Below, piece by piece: positions 1 to 8,295 of a DNA stretch of 50,991 nucleotides; the first letter of the stretch is position 1; every line of letters begins with the position of its first letter. The stretch comes from a virus. Under the pieces are notes generated by a model that saw only the letters and a list, made by a program, of their open reading frames with translations, ran no database searches and was not told the origin of the DNA. A program made the translations under genes and the position numbers. Location of the stretch: IMG/VR virus record IMGVR_UViG_3300008224_000001; one strand, written 5' to 3'.

Positions 1-123
1 CGAACAACGCCATTTTCGCCTTGCTGCCTACCTTGAACCGCTAATTGGTTAACTAAAGCAAGCCGCTCTGCTAACAGCTCATTTCTGATCGCCTCATCCG
101 ACGGGTCGATCATATTTTTAGCG
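1..123. repeat. Terminal overlap: identical to 50869-50991, so the molecule is circular or circularly permuted with a 50,868 bp unit
   Basis: Base-by-base identity of both ends. The tape-measure reading frame is continuous across the junction. Confidence 0.95.
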
Positions 124-1070
124 GCTATCGCTAAATCAGAAGCCCACTTAGTCGCACTTAAGGTAAAGCCCTCAAGCGTCGAGTTACTACCGATTGACTC
201 CATTAGCTCGTTAACACTTTGCCCCAGCGTATCGAAGCTGCCTTTTAATTGGCCCACCCCATCCGCCGCATCAGGCAATTGAGTGTCTAAAACTTGCAGC
301 ACTTCGGCCATTGCTTTGGTTTTTTCGCCGGTATCAACCAGTGAAATAATCAAGGCACGCTGCTCTGTCGTAAAACCCACCCCAGAACGCCTTAATGCCG
401 TCAAACCCACACGCGGATCTTCTAAAGCTTTACCTAACTGAATAGCCGCCGCTTTGGTCGAGCCACCCATAATTTGCGCAAGGTTATTACTCGCTTTAAC
501 CGCCCCTTCAAACGCATCCCCCGTAATGGAGGTAAAGGTTAACATTACCCCCATCGCTTCGCGTATATCGCTGGTATCTGCTAAAGAATCCCACGCAATA
601 TTACGGGCCATTTCATCTAACTGACCCGAGGTAAACCCCACCGCATGACCGGTTAAAGTCAGCTGTGATTCCAGTCGTGCCATCTGGTGCTCTGTTTCCG
701 CATAAACACCGATAGATTTTTGCGCAACAAAAGCCGCACCTGCAATCCCAAGACCAATACCCGCTAAGGCGATATTACTACGCCCCGCGACAGCACTTAA
801 GGCACTTAATCGACCCGCAACCCCGCCTAATGGCCCTTCAACTAATGCCGCTGAAGCCGCTGCTTCTCTTAAAGAAAGCTGGAGTTTATTAACATCCTTC
901 CCGGTTTTTTTAAACTGCTTACCTGATTTACCGGATTTTTTATCCAGCGCACCCAACGAAGCCGCAAACTTATCCGCCGAGTTACCCCCTGCTTTAAAGC
1001 TTTGAACCGCCCCCGAACTATCGGCAGTGACTTGTATTCCGTAGGTGAAGGTTTCGTTATTTCCAGCCAT
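1..1070 (-). CDS. Tail tape measure protein, N-terminal part. ATG at 1070; continues across the wrap into 50868..49347; about 863 aa in total.
   Basis: Own translation: MAGNNETFTYGIQVTADSSGAVQSF...LGGVAGRLSALSAV...GLTALRRSGVGFTTEQRALI, a lambda-family TMP motif. RBS AAAGGAAAGTC precedes the ATG. Position 113 is in frame with the 49347..50981 ORF. Confidence 0.85.
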   Translation of the reverse strand, partial: MAGNNETFTYGIQVTADSSGAVQSFKAGGNSADKFAASLGALDKKSGKSGKQFKKTGKDVNKLQLSLREAAASAALVEGPLGGVAGRLSALSAVAGRSNIALAGIGLGIAGAAFVAQKSIGVYAETEHQMARLESQLTLTGHAVGFTSGQLDEMARNIAWDSLADTSDIREAMGVMLTFTSITGDAFEGAVKASNNLAQIMGGSTKAAAIQLGKALEDPRVGLTALRRSGVGFTTEQRALIISLVDTGEKTKAMAEVLQVLDTQLPDAADGVGQLKGSFDTLGQSVNELMESIGSNSTLEGFTLSATKWASDLAIAAKNMIDPSDEAIRNELLAERLALVNQLAVQGRQQGENGVV

Positions 1071-1082
1071 GACTTTCCTTTA

Positions 1083-1113
1083 GGCATAAAAAAACCCGCA
1101 CAATGGCGGGTTT
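1083..1113 (-). terminator. Hairpin-T7-ATGCC element #1 (intrinsic-terminator-like), 13 nt upstream of the TMP start
   Basis: Minus strand reads ACCCGCCATTGTGCGGGTTTTTTTATGCC. Confidence 0.6.
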
Positions 1114-1263
1114 ATTGATTATTGGGGCGCTGGCTTCAGCCTGCTTCTTATAGGTTTTTTAGGGTTGTAGCTTGGGTTAGCTTTTCTAAACGAAGGGCGG
1201 AAAACGTAACCCAACGCGATGATTACTGGCGCAAATGTGTTGGGCTGCGTGCCTTAGCCTAAC

Positions 1264-1419
1264 CTACGGCATTTTATCTGCCGACCCAATAAGCTTAATA
1301 CTCACTACATCCGATATGGTTAACGTACTGTTAAGCAGAGCATTAATAACATCACTACCCTGCACGATATGCTCTTTCGATTGGCCGCCACAAAACACCA
1401 ATGCTACATAAATATTCAT
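1264..1419 (-). CDS. Hypothetical small protein (51 aa), below the ORF-track cutoff
   Basis: ATGA start/stop overlap with the upstream ORF. Own translation MNIYVALVFCGGQSKEHIVQG... Confidence 0.35.
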   Translation of the reverse strand: MNIYVALVFCGGQSKEHIVQGSDVINALLNSTLTISDVVSIKLIGSADKMP

Positions 1420-1640
1420 GTTTTTTTACCTGCATTTTTTAGCGCAACTAACTCCTCGTACTGTTTTTGCGACGCGACTATCAATTGCGCCGCTTCCAAT
1501 ATCGCCGCACTCACAATGCAATCGACAATTCTATTTGTCGCATTAGATGAATCCCCTTCTTGAATATTAAACATACTATCCAACAAACTAACGGCCTCAG
1601 CCTTCAACTTATCTACTTCTTCTGACAAATTATCACTCAT
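1416..1640 (-). CDS. Hypothetical protein (74 aa) between the GT chaperone and the tape measure
   Basis: ORF track; co-oriented and tightly packed. Confidence 0.5.
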   Translation of the reverse strand: MSDNLSEEVDKLKAEAVSLLDSMFNIQEGDSSNATNRIVDCIVSAAILEAAQLIVASQKQYEELVALKNAGKKT

Positions 1641-1670
1641 CTATTTTTACCCCTAAAACAATCATCAAAT

Positions 1671-2272
1671 TCACTCACCCATCACCCGCCTAACTTCTGT
1701 TTCCATTAACTGAATCTCTGCAAACACGGCAAGGCGCTCATGCCTATGCCGATATTGCGCATTAATGCAGGCATGAACGGCGGCATAGTCTAAGCACCAA
1801 CCAATAAGCGATTCTTTCCATTGGGACTTTAAGGAAAGAAAAAAAGCGACCTTTTCTTCATTTTCTGGCCATACCCCAAACGGGGATAATATAACCTTCG
1901 ACTTTAACTGCTTTGCCCAATGTTCAGCAGCGCCTAGACGTTTTTTAAGGCGGGCTCATTGCCTGCAATGCGATTGTAATAGGTCTGAATAATCGGTTGC
2001 ATTAAATAACTACGATCCACAATCGCATCGAGTAGACCGCTATCGAGATAAATTGCCTCTCCTTCATCATCAATAAATCCCTCCACTGATTTTAAAATCA
2101 AATTCAATACCGCTCTATCACCACCGGCCTTGATCGTTGCCGCCATTTCAGATTCAGTGATAATTTTATATTCACAAATAACCGCCTGATTATCAAACGC
2201 ATCAACACCCGTGGGGATTTTGATCCCTACCGTGGCTTTAAACAGTCTTTCTTCTGCTAAACTAAAGGCCAT
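1671..2272 (-). CDS. Tail assembly chaperone -1 frameshift product (gpGT analogue)
   Basis: The -1 frame is open for 91 codons from the heptamer to TGA at 1673-1671. It translates to KKRLGAAEHWAKQL...VWPENEEKVAFFLSLKSQWKESLIGWCLDYAAV..., a DUF1799-like TAC signature. Confidence 0.7.
1934..2272 (-). CDS. Tail assembly chaperone (lambda gpG analogue)
   Basis: Lies between the major tail and TMP genes. Ends 2 codons after an A_AAA_AAC slippery heptamer. Confidence 0.75.
   Translation of the reverse strand: MAFSLAEERLFKATVGIKIPTGVDAFDNQAVICEYKIITESEMAATIKAGGDRAVLNLILKSVEGFIDDEGEAIYLDSGLLDAIVDRSYLMQPIIQTYYNRIAGNEPALKNV
1940..1946 (-). promoter_or_regulatory. Programmed -1 ribosomal frameshift slippery site A_AAA_AAC
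   Basis: The zero frame reads TTA AAA AAC GTC TAG. This is the canonical X_XXY_YYZ pattern. Confidence 0.7.
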
Positions 2273-3051
2273 TATGCGGGTCTCCCATCAATATAAACCT
2301 GCGCAAAGGTTACGCCATTGGCTGTTCGCGTGCCGACACTGCCATCAAAGGCCAAGTCTTGCACGGTATCCCGTGATTTCCAGTTAACTTCACCATTCGG
2401 TGATAGCGTCACTTTAGGGATATACGCATCTTTATTATCACCCGTGGTATTGTCCGCAATAAAACGTAACGCACCCGACTTAGAACCGAGTTGATCGGTG
2501 TTAATTTGTTGGCGTGTATTGGCCGTGGGCGTGAAATCAGCAAGAATTGCATCGCCTTCATTAATACCCGCGCCCGCCACAATAAAAATACGGCCTAAAA
2601 CCGCATCTAAAGTGTAATCTGTATCTAATACTTTAGTTGCCGCACCCACTTTAATCACCACCGCAGAAATGCCCCGCACCCCCGTTACGTTGATTGATTT
2701 ACCCAATTGCATGTGCTCACCTTGTTTGGCTAAGCCCACCGCCTCAGCGACAACCGGCGTTGCTGATTGCGTAATCGTCGCTTCACTACCTAGCACAAAC
2801 ATGGCTAAAATTTTGGCACTAATATCTTTAGTTGAAAAAGCTAATGAGCGAATGACTTTGGTCGCAATGTCTAAATCTTGCTCAGCAATTGCCCCATCTG
2901 AATTATCATCAGTGACACGCTCTGTGTTGATGCTTTGCGATAAGCTAGGCGTTTCTGCCAATAGCACTTCACTACCGGCTAAATCGCCGTTTGCATCTTC
3001 TTCTTCCCAGTACAATTTACCTGCACCCAATACTTTATTAACAACTGCCAT
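2272..3051 (-). CDS. Major tail (tube) protein
   Basis: 259 aa, immediately upstream of the G/GT chaperones and preceded by a hairpin element. The call is synteny-based. Confidence 0.7.
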   Translation of the reverse strand: MAVVNKVLGAGKLYWEEEDANGDLAGSEVLLAETPSLSQSINTERVTDDNSDGAIAEQDLDIATKVIRSLAFSTKDISAKILAMFVLGSEATITQSATPVVAEAVGLAKQGEHMQLGKSINVTGVRGISAVVIKVGAATKVLDTDYTLDAVLGRIFIVAGAGINEGDAILADFTPTANTRQQINTDQLGSKSGALRFIADNTTGDNKDAYIPKVTLSPNGEVNWKSRDTVQDLAFDGSVGTRTANGVTFAQVYIDGRPA

Positions 3052-3080
3052 TTGTGTTCTCCACGTTTAGATATTTTTTG

Positions 3081-3108
3081 GACATAAAAAAACCTGCGAT
3101 AGGCAGGC
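3081..3108 (-). terminator. Hairpin-T7-ATGTC element #2, upstream of the major tail gene
   Basis: Minus strand reads GCCTGCCTATCGCAGGTTTTTTTATGTC. Confidence 0.55.
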
Positions 3109-3134
3109 TGTGTTTAATGTTTTGATGATTCCCG

Positions 3135-3213
3135 CTCGTCATTCCCGAAGTCTTTAATCGGGGATCCATGCGTACATAATAGATTCCTGCTAAGAACATG
3201 CAGGAATGACGAG
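3135..3213. repeat. 79-bp element bounded by 11-bp inverted repeats (CTCGTCATTCC / GGAATGACGAG) with two internal hairpins; REP/MITE-like or a structured RNA
   Basis: Inverted repeats at 3135-3145 and 3203-3213. Inner hairpin is ATTCCTGC-N9-GCAGGAAT (3183-3207). Confidence 0.5.
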
Positions 3214-3222
3214 GTTTCTTAT

Positions 3223-3387
3223 TTAAGCAATAACACCCTGTTTCTTTAAGCTTTCTGCTTGATCAAGATAAAGATCAACGCTCGCGTCTTTAGTCACTTC
3301 AGGGTCAATCAATTTGCCTTTATAGTGCAATGGCTTAATTAATTTATAAGGGAGTGCTTTTTCTTCTGCTTTGATTGGATCGGCCAT
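3223..3387 (-). CDS. Hypothetical small protein (54 aa), below the ORF-track cutoff
   Basis: Own translation MADPIKAEEKALPYKLIKPLHYKGKLIDPEV... RBS AGGAAAAACA precedes the ATG. Confidence 0.35.
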   Translation of the reverse strand: MADPIKAEEKALPYKLIKPLHYKGKLIDPEVTKDASVDLYLDQAESLKKQGVIA

Positions 3388-3395
3388 TGTTTTTC

Positions 3396-3809
3396 CTATG
3401 AATGCGTTGATATGTAATCAACATTAATTAAAATCATGCTGTCCCAGTAGGTGATCTCACCCGTTGAGTCCGGCTCTAAATCTGTTTCGATTAACATAAC
3501 GCTGGTTGCCAGTCCTGATAATCGATAATCTTTTAATAGCAATAATTCAACTTCGTCACATAAACTATTGGCAATGTCTTCATCACCTGCGGTTGCAATG
3601 CCTATTTTGACTAATAAAGTCCGCTGATATTGCACCGGCTCTTCACCCAGCAATTGTCGCACGTTATCTTTACGCGCTTTAACCACAATGCCAGGTACTT
3701 GTTCCGCTGTTAAACCATCAACCATCGTGCCAAAGACATTCGCCCCCGCAAGTGTGTTACCTAACAATAAGCTAACAATTTTTTCTCGTATCGCTGTTCT
3801 TGGGTGCAT
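3396..3809 (-). CDS. Tail terminator / minor tail protein (lambda gpU-like)
   Basis: 137 aa, lying between the gpZ-like gene and the major tail gene as in lambda Z-U-V. Confidence 0.5.
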   Translation of the reverse strand: MHPRTAIREKIVSLLLGNTLAGANVFGTMVDGLTAEQVPGIVVKARKDNVRQLLGEEPVQYQRTLLVKIGIATAGDEDIANSLCDEVELLLLKDYRLSGLATSVMLIETDLEPDSTGEITYWDSMILINVDYISTHS

Positions 3810-3811
3810 AG

Positions 3812-4423
3812 TTAAAATTTCCGTCTTAAATGAACACCAATGGCCCGATTAAGTTCTATCGACCAATTATTTTTGACTAATAGGGTGATTTCTTTTTGAA
3901 TGTATTTTCTTGAGAACACTTTAGCGATAGAAGGCCCTTTCAACTTGACCAAAGGTTGACGCTTTATATTAGTATCTTTGTAACGCCCTTTTTGCGGTTT
4001 GACCTTAGCTGCGCCTTTTATACGCTTTAGCACTAATTTTCCACCCGCCCGATTGATAATAAACGCACCAGGAACAACCGTTCTTACGCCACGCTTATTA
4101 ATAAAAGAAGCGCCTGCTTTGCGCTTATCCCACTTAGCCGACATACGACCTAGCCCCATGCGCTTTCCGGTGGATTGAACCGAGCCGATCGGGCTGTTTT
4201 TGGTGGCTTTTCTTACCGAGATCAGTGACTTTAAATTCTTTTTCTTACTGCCTCTAATGGATTGCTGCTTAACCCCCGCATCTTTGGCAATCAATCTAAC
4301 AGCCACCGTGTTGGCATTACGCGTAATCCGGTTAATGGTAGTCACGGTCGAGGCTTGCAGCGCCGCATCCATTTTGGAAAAAACGCCCGCCAATGTGCCG
4401 CTGGATTCAATCTTGACTGACAC
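3812..4423 (-). CDS. Minor tail / tail completion protein (lambda gpZ-like)
   Basis: 203-aa very basic protein. Size and synteny match the gpZ family. Confidence 0.55.
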   Translation of the reverse strand: MSVKIESSGTLAGVFSKMDAALQASTVTTINRITRNANTVAVRLIAKDAGVKQQSIRGSKKKNLKSLISVRKATKNSPIGSVQSTGKRMGLGRMSAKWDKRKAGASFINKRGVRTVVPGAFIINRAGGKLVLKRIKGAAKVKPQKGRYKDTNIKRQPLVKLKGPSIAKVFSRKYIQKEITLLVKNNWSIELNRAIGVHLRRKF

Positions 4424-4424
4424 C

Positions 4425-4739
4425 TTAAGCTTTCTTTAAGATCAGCAAAGCCATGCCTGTGCCATCGGGTTGCACGCTTTTTATCGTGTAACTTTTACCA
4501 CTGCGCACAATATTGCCCCCCTGCGCATTAGTGACATCTTTCTCTAAACATTCAATCGCAGGCGTAACGGTTTCCACCCCCGTTTCTGCATTGGTTAAGT
4601 AAAATTTTTCATTAAACTCACCCTGAATCGGTATGCCCCCGCCTAAAGCAGAAATAAAGGTCACGCTATCACCCAGTTCTTGCATGATGTCATCATCAAA
4701 ATCTGCATTGAAGTCGTCGATAAAGCTCCCCATCAGCAA
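4425..4739 (-). CDS. Head-tail joining protein (lambda gpFII-like)
   Basis: 104 aa, with a C-terminal ...SGKSYTIKSVQPDGTGMALLIL pattern typical of FII-type connectors; synteny. Confidence 0.5.
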   Translation of the reverse strand: MLMGSFIDDFNADFDDDIMQELGDSVTFISALGGGIPIQGEFNEKFYLTNAETGVETVTPAIECLEKDVTNAQGGNIVRSGKSYTIKSVQPDGTGMALLILKKA

Positions 4740-5056
4740 GCCCCCTTAACTAAAAGCACACCCGAACAAGTCCGCGTTGCACCAATTGATGTAATCACTT
4801 CACAAGTCAGGCAATAATACTCGCCGTCCGTGCCGCCACCGATCCACGCCTGCGCATTCACACCGCTATCATGCGATAAGCTGGTTATTGATACGTCAGC
4901 AGATAACGCAACATCGCCGCGTTTAATTTGAGTAACCGAGCTAATGCTCGCGATCACTTCGCCGTCTACAAACGAGCCAAATTCAAACGTAAAAGGGTAG
5001 AACTCGCTTGGGCGTTTAATCTGAAGCGGTAATCCTGTCGTGGTATCAATATTCAT
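4733..5056 (-). CDS. Hypothetical structural protein (107 aa)
   Basis: ORF track; overlaps its neighbours in an operon-like way. Confidence 0.5.
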   Translation of the reverse strand: MNIDTTTGLPLQIKRPSEFYPFTFEFGSFVDGEVIASISSVTQIKRGDVALSADVSITSLSHDSGVNAQAWIGGGTDGEYYCLTCEVITSIGATRTCSGVLLVKGAC

Positions 5057-5064
5057 TATTTACC

Positions 5065-5745
5065 TTATGAAAAATAACGCTCTGTAAAAACCGAGCCGCG
5101 AAGCTGTTCTTTGAACACTTTAGCGCTCGCAATAAAACCCACTAAATCAGATAACGACCCGTTTGCACTGGCTTGTACTAAGCTTGATGTTGCTAAGCTA
5201 ATTCCGGTGCTAAGGGTTACTGTGTTTAACGCTTCAATGAGTGCTGCGCCTGATAAGCCTTGTTCTGAGGATAAATCCCCTAGCATCACTGCATCCGCTA
5301 AGGCGGCAACATCGAGCGTGACGCTGGTTGTTAAACCGCCGTTTACGTTAACCGCTGCCGCTGAACTGGCAATAATCGGAATAGAGGTAGTCATTAAGCC
5401 CGAAATAGTTGCTGTGACAGTAGCGGGGGCAAGCAAAGGAATGTCGGTACTGAGTAATCCGCTGGCGCTTGCGCTTGCCGTTGCTGCACCGGATAAACCC
5501 GAACTTTCAGCGGTTAATCCAGCGGTTGCCAGTGCGGCAGTTATCGCGTCACCGGAGAGGGTTATTTGTGTATTTAATGTTGCACCTGCATTGCTGTCTG
5601 CTGAGACACTGGCCGCTAGATTAATATTTGAATCTAATAAAGCCGAGGCAATGGCTTCGGATAATGCTGAGCCGGATAGGTTTATTTGTGCATTAAGCTG
5701 ACCGTTTGCGATAGTGATTGCAGACGATTGACCGGCTAGGCTCAC
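5065..5745 (-). CDS. Ala/Ser/Leu/Thr-rich repeat protein (226 aa, GTG start)
   Basis: About 5-6 degenerate repeats of (I/L)xLSG(S/D/A)A(L/I)xxA(L/I)A. The antisense ORF 5111..5701 is a composition artefact. Confidence 0.5.
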   Translation of the reverse strand: MSLAGQSSAITIANGQLNAQINLSGSALSEAIASALLDSNINLAASVSADSNAGATLNTQITLSGDAITAALATAGLTAESSGLSGAATASASASGLLSTDIPLLAPATVTATISGLMTTSIPIIASSAAAVNVNGGLTTSVTLDVAALADAVMLGDLSSEQGLSGAALIEALNTVTLSTGISLATSSLVQASANGSLSDLVGFIASAKVFKEQLRGSVFTERYFS

Positions 5746-5876
5746 TTGTGTTGTAAGCGATCCTATGGCGGTGCTTATGACTGTTGCAGCAGCTATTAGC
5801 TGTATTTCCGCTGGGCCGTTAGGAGTGTCATTACCACCAATGACCCCGCCACCGATAGTGCCGCTGCCAATAGGCC

Positions 5877-6404
5877 TTAGATAGCCTCTATCTGAGCAAT
5901 GATACTATTCGCAATTGTTACGCAGTTTTTCCAATCAGTTTCCGCATTGATTAGTATGTTTGCCTTATCTTCTAACCCTGCAATAGCTGCACCAACTAGT
6001 TTCCAGCCTGCACCTTTGGCATTCCATTCTGCTGCTACAGCTACCGCTGTTTCATTAGTTGCATTAATACGACCTTGCATAAACACACCGATTGAACCAT
6101 CCGCATCGAAACGAGTCGCTTCAAGTGCTTTATATGTATACTCTGCATCTTTACCTGCCGCTTGAGTAACAAACTTTAAGCGTTGTGTTGCAGAGGCTTG
6201 TTTGACCAACTCTTTGGCTTCTGCTTGCGCGGCGGGCAATGGGTCGTAGATGTCTATTATTGCTTGCACTGCTGCGTCTATTTCTAGTGATTGACTAGCA
6301 TTAAGATCAAGCGCAACAACAACTCCGTCATGTAATTCTAATTTATAGCCCGCAGCACTTAGTATATCTTCAAGAGATGCGTGAGTCTCAGCATAGTTAA
6401 TCAT
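5877..6404 (-). CDS. Hypothetical protein (175 aa), possibly fibre-associated
   Basis: ORF track; ATGA-type coupling to the upstream fibre-like gene. Confidence 0.5.
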   Translation of the reverse strand: MINYAETHASLEDILSAAGYKLELHDGVVVALDLNASQSLEIDAAVQAIIDIYDPLPAAQAEAKELVKQASATQRLKFVTQAAGKDAEYTYKALEATRFDADGSIGVFMQGRINATNETAVAVAAEWNAKGAGWKLVGAAIAGLEDKANILINAETDWKNCVTIANSIIAQIEAI

Positions 6405-7287
6405 TTTACTACCCCCAAAAATGGCTGCTTGTAGAACCCTACTGACCCGCCTGATGCAGCAATAGATGAAGGAAGCACCGTCCAGCCCGGAGTTTGTGCG
6501 AAAGCATTTAATGGTGTAGCTTGAGAACCGTTACCTGCACCTGTGCGTGAAAACCCCACTCCGACTGATGTTTTATAGTTGTAATTACCATTAAATCTGA
6601 GAATAGTTGCATCATCCGTAATTATTGCTATACCGTAAAGCGCATTAGGTATCAGAGTAATGCTGCTATCTAGCGAAACTTTTTGGCCGAGCGTACTTGT
6701 TGCATCAAATGTAGCAGATGCTAATAACTCAAATGATTGACCATTTAGCGCATATATGCCGCCAATAAGAGTCTCAGTAGTTCCTTCAGTGGCTATCCTA
6801 AGACTGATTTTACTAACTGTCTCGGCTGATTCTGGGCGTATAAAGTTCATGCTGACAGCATCTGTTGTCAGCCGAGTATCTGATAGATTACCTATATCTG
6901 TGGACCTCCCATCATTCCCAAGAATCTCCCCCCCCCGATAGTAGTGTCGAAAACCATCCATCCACATGACGTAACGTCACAGCTAATCGTATGCGTACCA
7001 GCACTTAGCGTAATATTAGGCCCACCCGCATACTCTGTAGTTGGGTTTTTATTAGTAACAGTTCCATTATCATTTTCAGTATCATTACGGGTTGTTGTCT
7101 TTGCAGTAGCATCCCAAATACCGATACCGCTGCACGTAATAACACCTCCTGAGTCTTTAACGACATACGCAACTTGCGCACCATCTGCAAACCCCCTGCT
7201 AAAAGGCCTGTGACCTGCGGTTGCTCCTGTATGCGTGATTACGTCGCCCGTGCCAGTGCAGGTTTCTTCTGTTGAATTAGCAAACAT
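6401..7287 (-). pseudogene. Fibre-like protein split into two overlapping ORFs (6892..7287 and 6401..6967) at a G9 tract. One extra G, or a -1 slip, would give a protein of about 296 aa.
   Basis: Frame A reads ...DTTIGGG|RFLGMMGGPQI*. Frame B reads ...RGGEILGNDGRSTDIGN... The two frames join exactly within the homopolymer. Confidence 0.6.
6928..6936 (-). repeat. Homopolymer: G9 on the coding strand (C9 on +)
   Basis: Read directly: ...tctccccccccccgata... Confidence 0.95.
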
Positions 7288-7636
7288 CTACCGCCCTCCA
7301 TTCATCACCTTTCTCATAACCCGACATCGCAAGCCATCGATAAGGCAAATCATCAATTCGCTTAACTTCTTTCATACGATTATCCAAAATATACCCCTTA
7401 GATTCTAAACCACAGTGCATTTCACCCGTTTCGACTTTACAAAGCACTAAGCGGGATTGAGTGTCATTAGCACGACATAAGGCCCGACACGCTAAGGCAA
7501 AATCTTCACAATCGCCCTCAATTTTTACGCCATCGGGCATGGCCCATTTTTCATCGACCCCATATTGCTTGCGATCAGTGACGTATTTAAAATCACGTTT
7601 AATGGTGTGGAAAATATCAGCAATCTGCATTAGCAT
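7277..7636 (-). CDS. Transglutaminase-like cysteine peptidase (BTLCP / C93-like)
   Basis: GDCEDFA catalytic-Cys motif, a downstream His (EMHCG) and an ILDN motif. Confidence 0.6.
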   Translation of the reverse strand: MLMQIADIFHTIKRDFKYVTDRKQYGVDEKWAMPDGVKIEGDCEDFALACRALCRANDTQSRLVLCKVETGEMHCGLESKGYILDNRMKEVKRIDDLPYRWLAMSGYEKGDEWRAVDVC

Positions 7637-7748
7637 CCGCCGCTCTTAAATCAACACAGCCAGGCGGGGTATTCACTACCTCACCGGCTTTAAATTGCGC
7701 ATCAGAACAGCCACTTAATAACAAAGCCACCAAAACTAGCTTAAACAT
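7617..7748 (-). CDS. Small lipoprotein (43 aa), o-spanin-like, below the ORF-track cutoff
   Basis: Own translation MFKLVLVALLLSGCSDAQFKAGEVVNTPPGCVDLRAADANADC. LSGC lipobox, extra Cys and Pro residues. Confidence 0.45.
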   Translation of the reverse strand: MFKLVLVALLLSGCSDAQFKAGEVVNTPPGCVDLRAADANADC

Positions 7749-7750
7749 AG

Positions 7751-7921
7751 CTATTTAGAGGCTTGCGCATCGTTAATTGCATCAACCAGTTCTGCACGCG
7801 CATCGTCATCCATTGTTTGCGCACGCTGCATAATATGCACGTTATCCGTGCCCGATTTGTGCGCTTCATTAATCGCATCGTTTAAAATGCTCTGTAAAAG
7901 TAGGGCTTGTTCTAATTTCAT
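7751..7921 (-). CDS. Hypothetical small protein (56 aa)
   Basis: ATGA overlap with the upstream ORF. Own translation MKLEQALLLQSILNDAINEAHKSG... Confidence 0.35.
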   Translation of the reverse strand: MKLEQALLLQSILNDAINEAHKSGTDNVHIMQRAQTMDDDARAELVDAINDAQASK

Positions 7922-8286
7922 AATCTTAACTCCAGTTTTTCAGCGGCTTTTTCGATTTGTATTTCAGCGGATCGAATCGATAATAAGCTGCGTTTAGCGA
8001 CTGCCTTATCTAAAGCAGCGCGAATTTTATCTGATTGCGCCAGCGCTTTATTTGCCTGATATAAGCTAATTCGATTAGCGCGAAACAAGGCCGCTGCGTT
8101 ATAGCGATATTTTGCTAATTTCACATACGCAACCGATGAATTTAACTCGACGGCATCACCCGTGCTACTTAATGTTGCAAACGAAACAAACCCTGTTTTT
8201 GATTGATCCGCCGCTAACTCAATCGGTGTTATAACGGCGCAGGCAAACAATAACGACGCAATGAAAAGTGAGACTAATAATTTCAT
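7918..8286 (-). CDS. Signal-anchored or lipoprotein with a helical periplasmic part (i-spanin-like candidate)
   Basis: N-terminal MKLLVSLFIASLLFAC, then an Ala/Lys/Leu-rich helical sequence. Confidence 0.4.
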   Translation of the reverse strand: MKLLVSLFIASLLFACAVITPIELAADQSKTGFVSFATLSSTGDAVELNSSVAYVKLAKYRYNAAALFRANRISLYQANKALAQSDKIRAALDKAVAKRSLLSIRSAEIQIEKAAEKLELRL

Positions 8287-8295
8287 GTCTAACTC

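Noticed and set aside
1-123. The 123-bp identical ends as biological direct terminal repeats
   Set aside because: The repeat lies in the middle of the tape-measure coding sequence, and the frame is continuous across it. A gpA/Nu1-type terminase predicts cos ends near 16.7-17.0 kb, so this is an assembly wrap-around.
869-1087. 72-aa minus-strand ORF whose ATG is the ATG of hairpin element #1's ATGCC tail
   Set aside because: It is out of frame within the tape-measure gene, whose own frame gives a clean lambda-type TMP sequence. The ATG in the conserved TTTTTTTATGCC tail does not open conserved ORFs at the other nine copies.
5111-5701. 196-aa + strand ORF antisense to the Ala/Ser/Leu repeat gene
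   Set aside because: It is a mirror-image low-complexity frame of the minus-strand gene. It breaks operon polarity and has no RBS.
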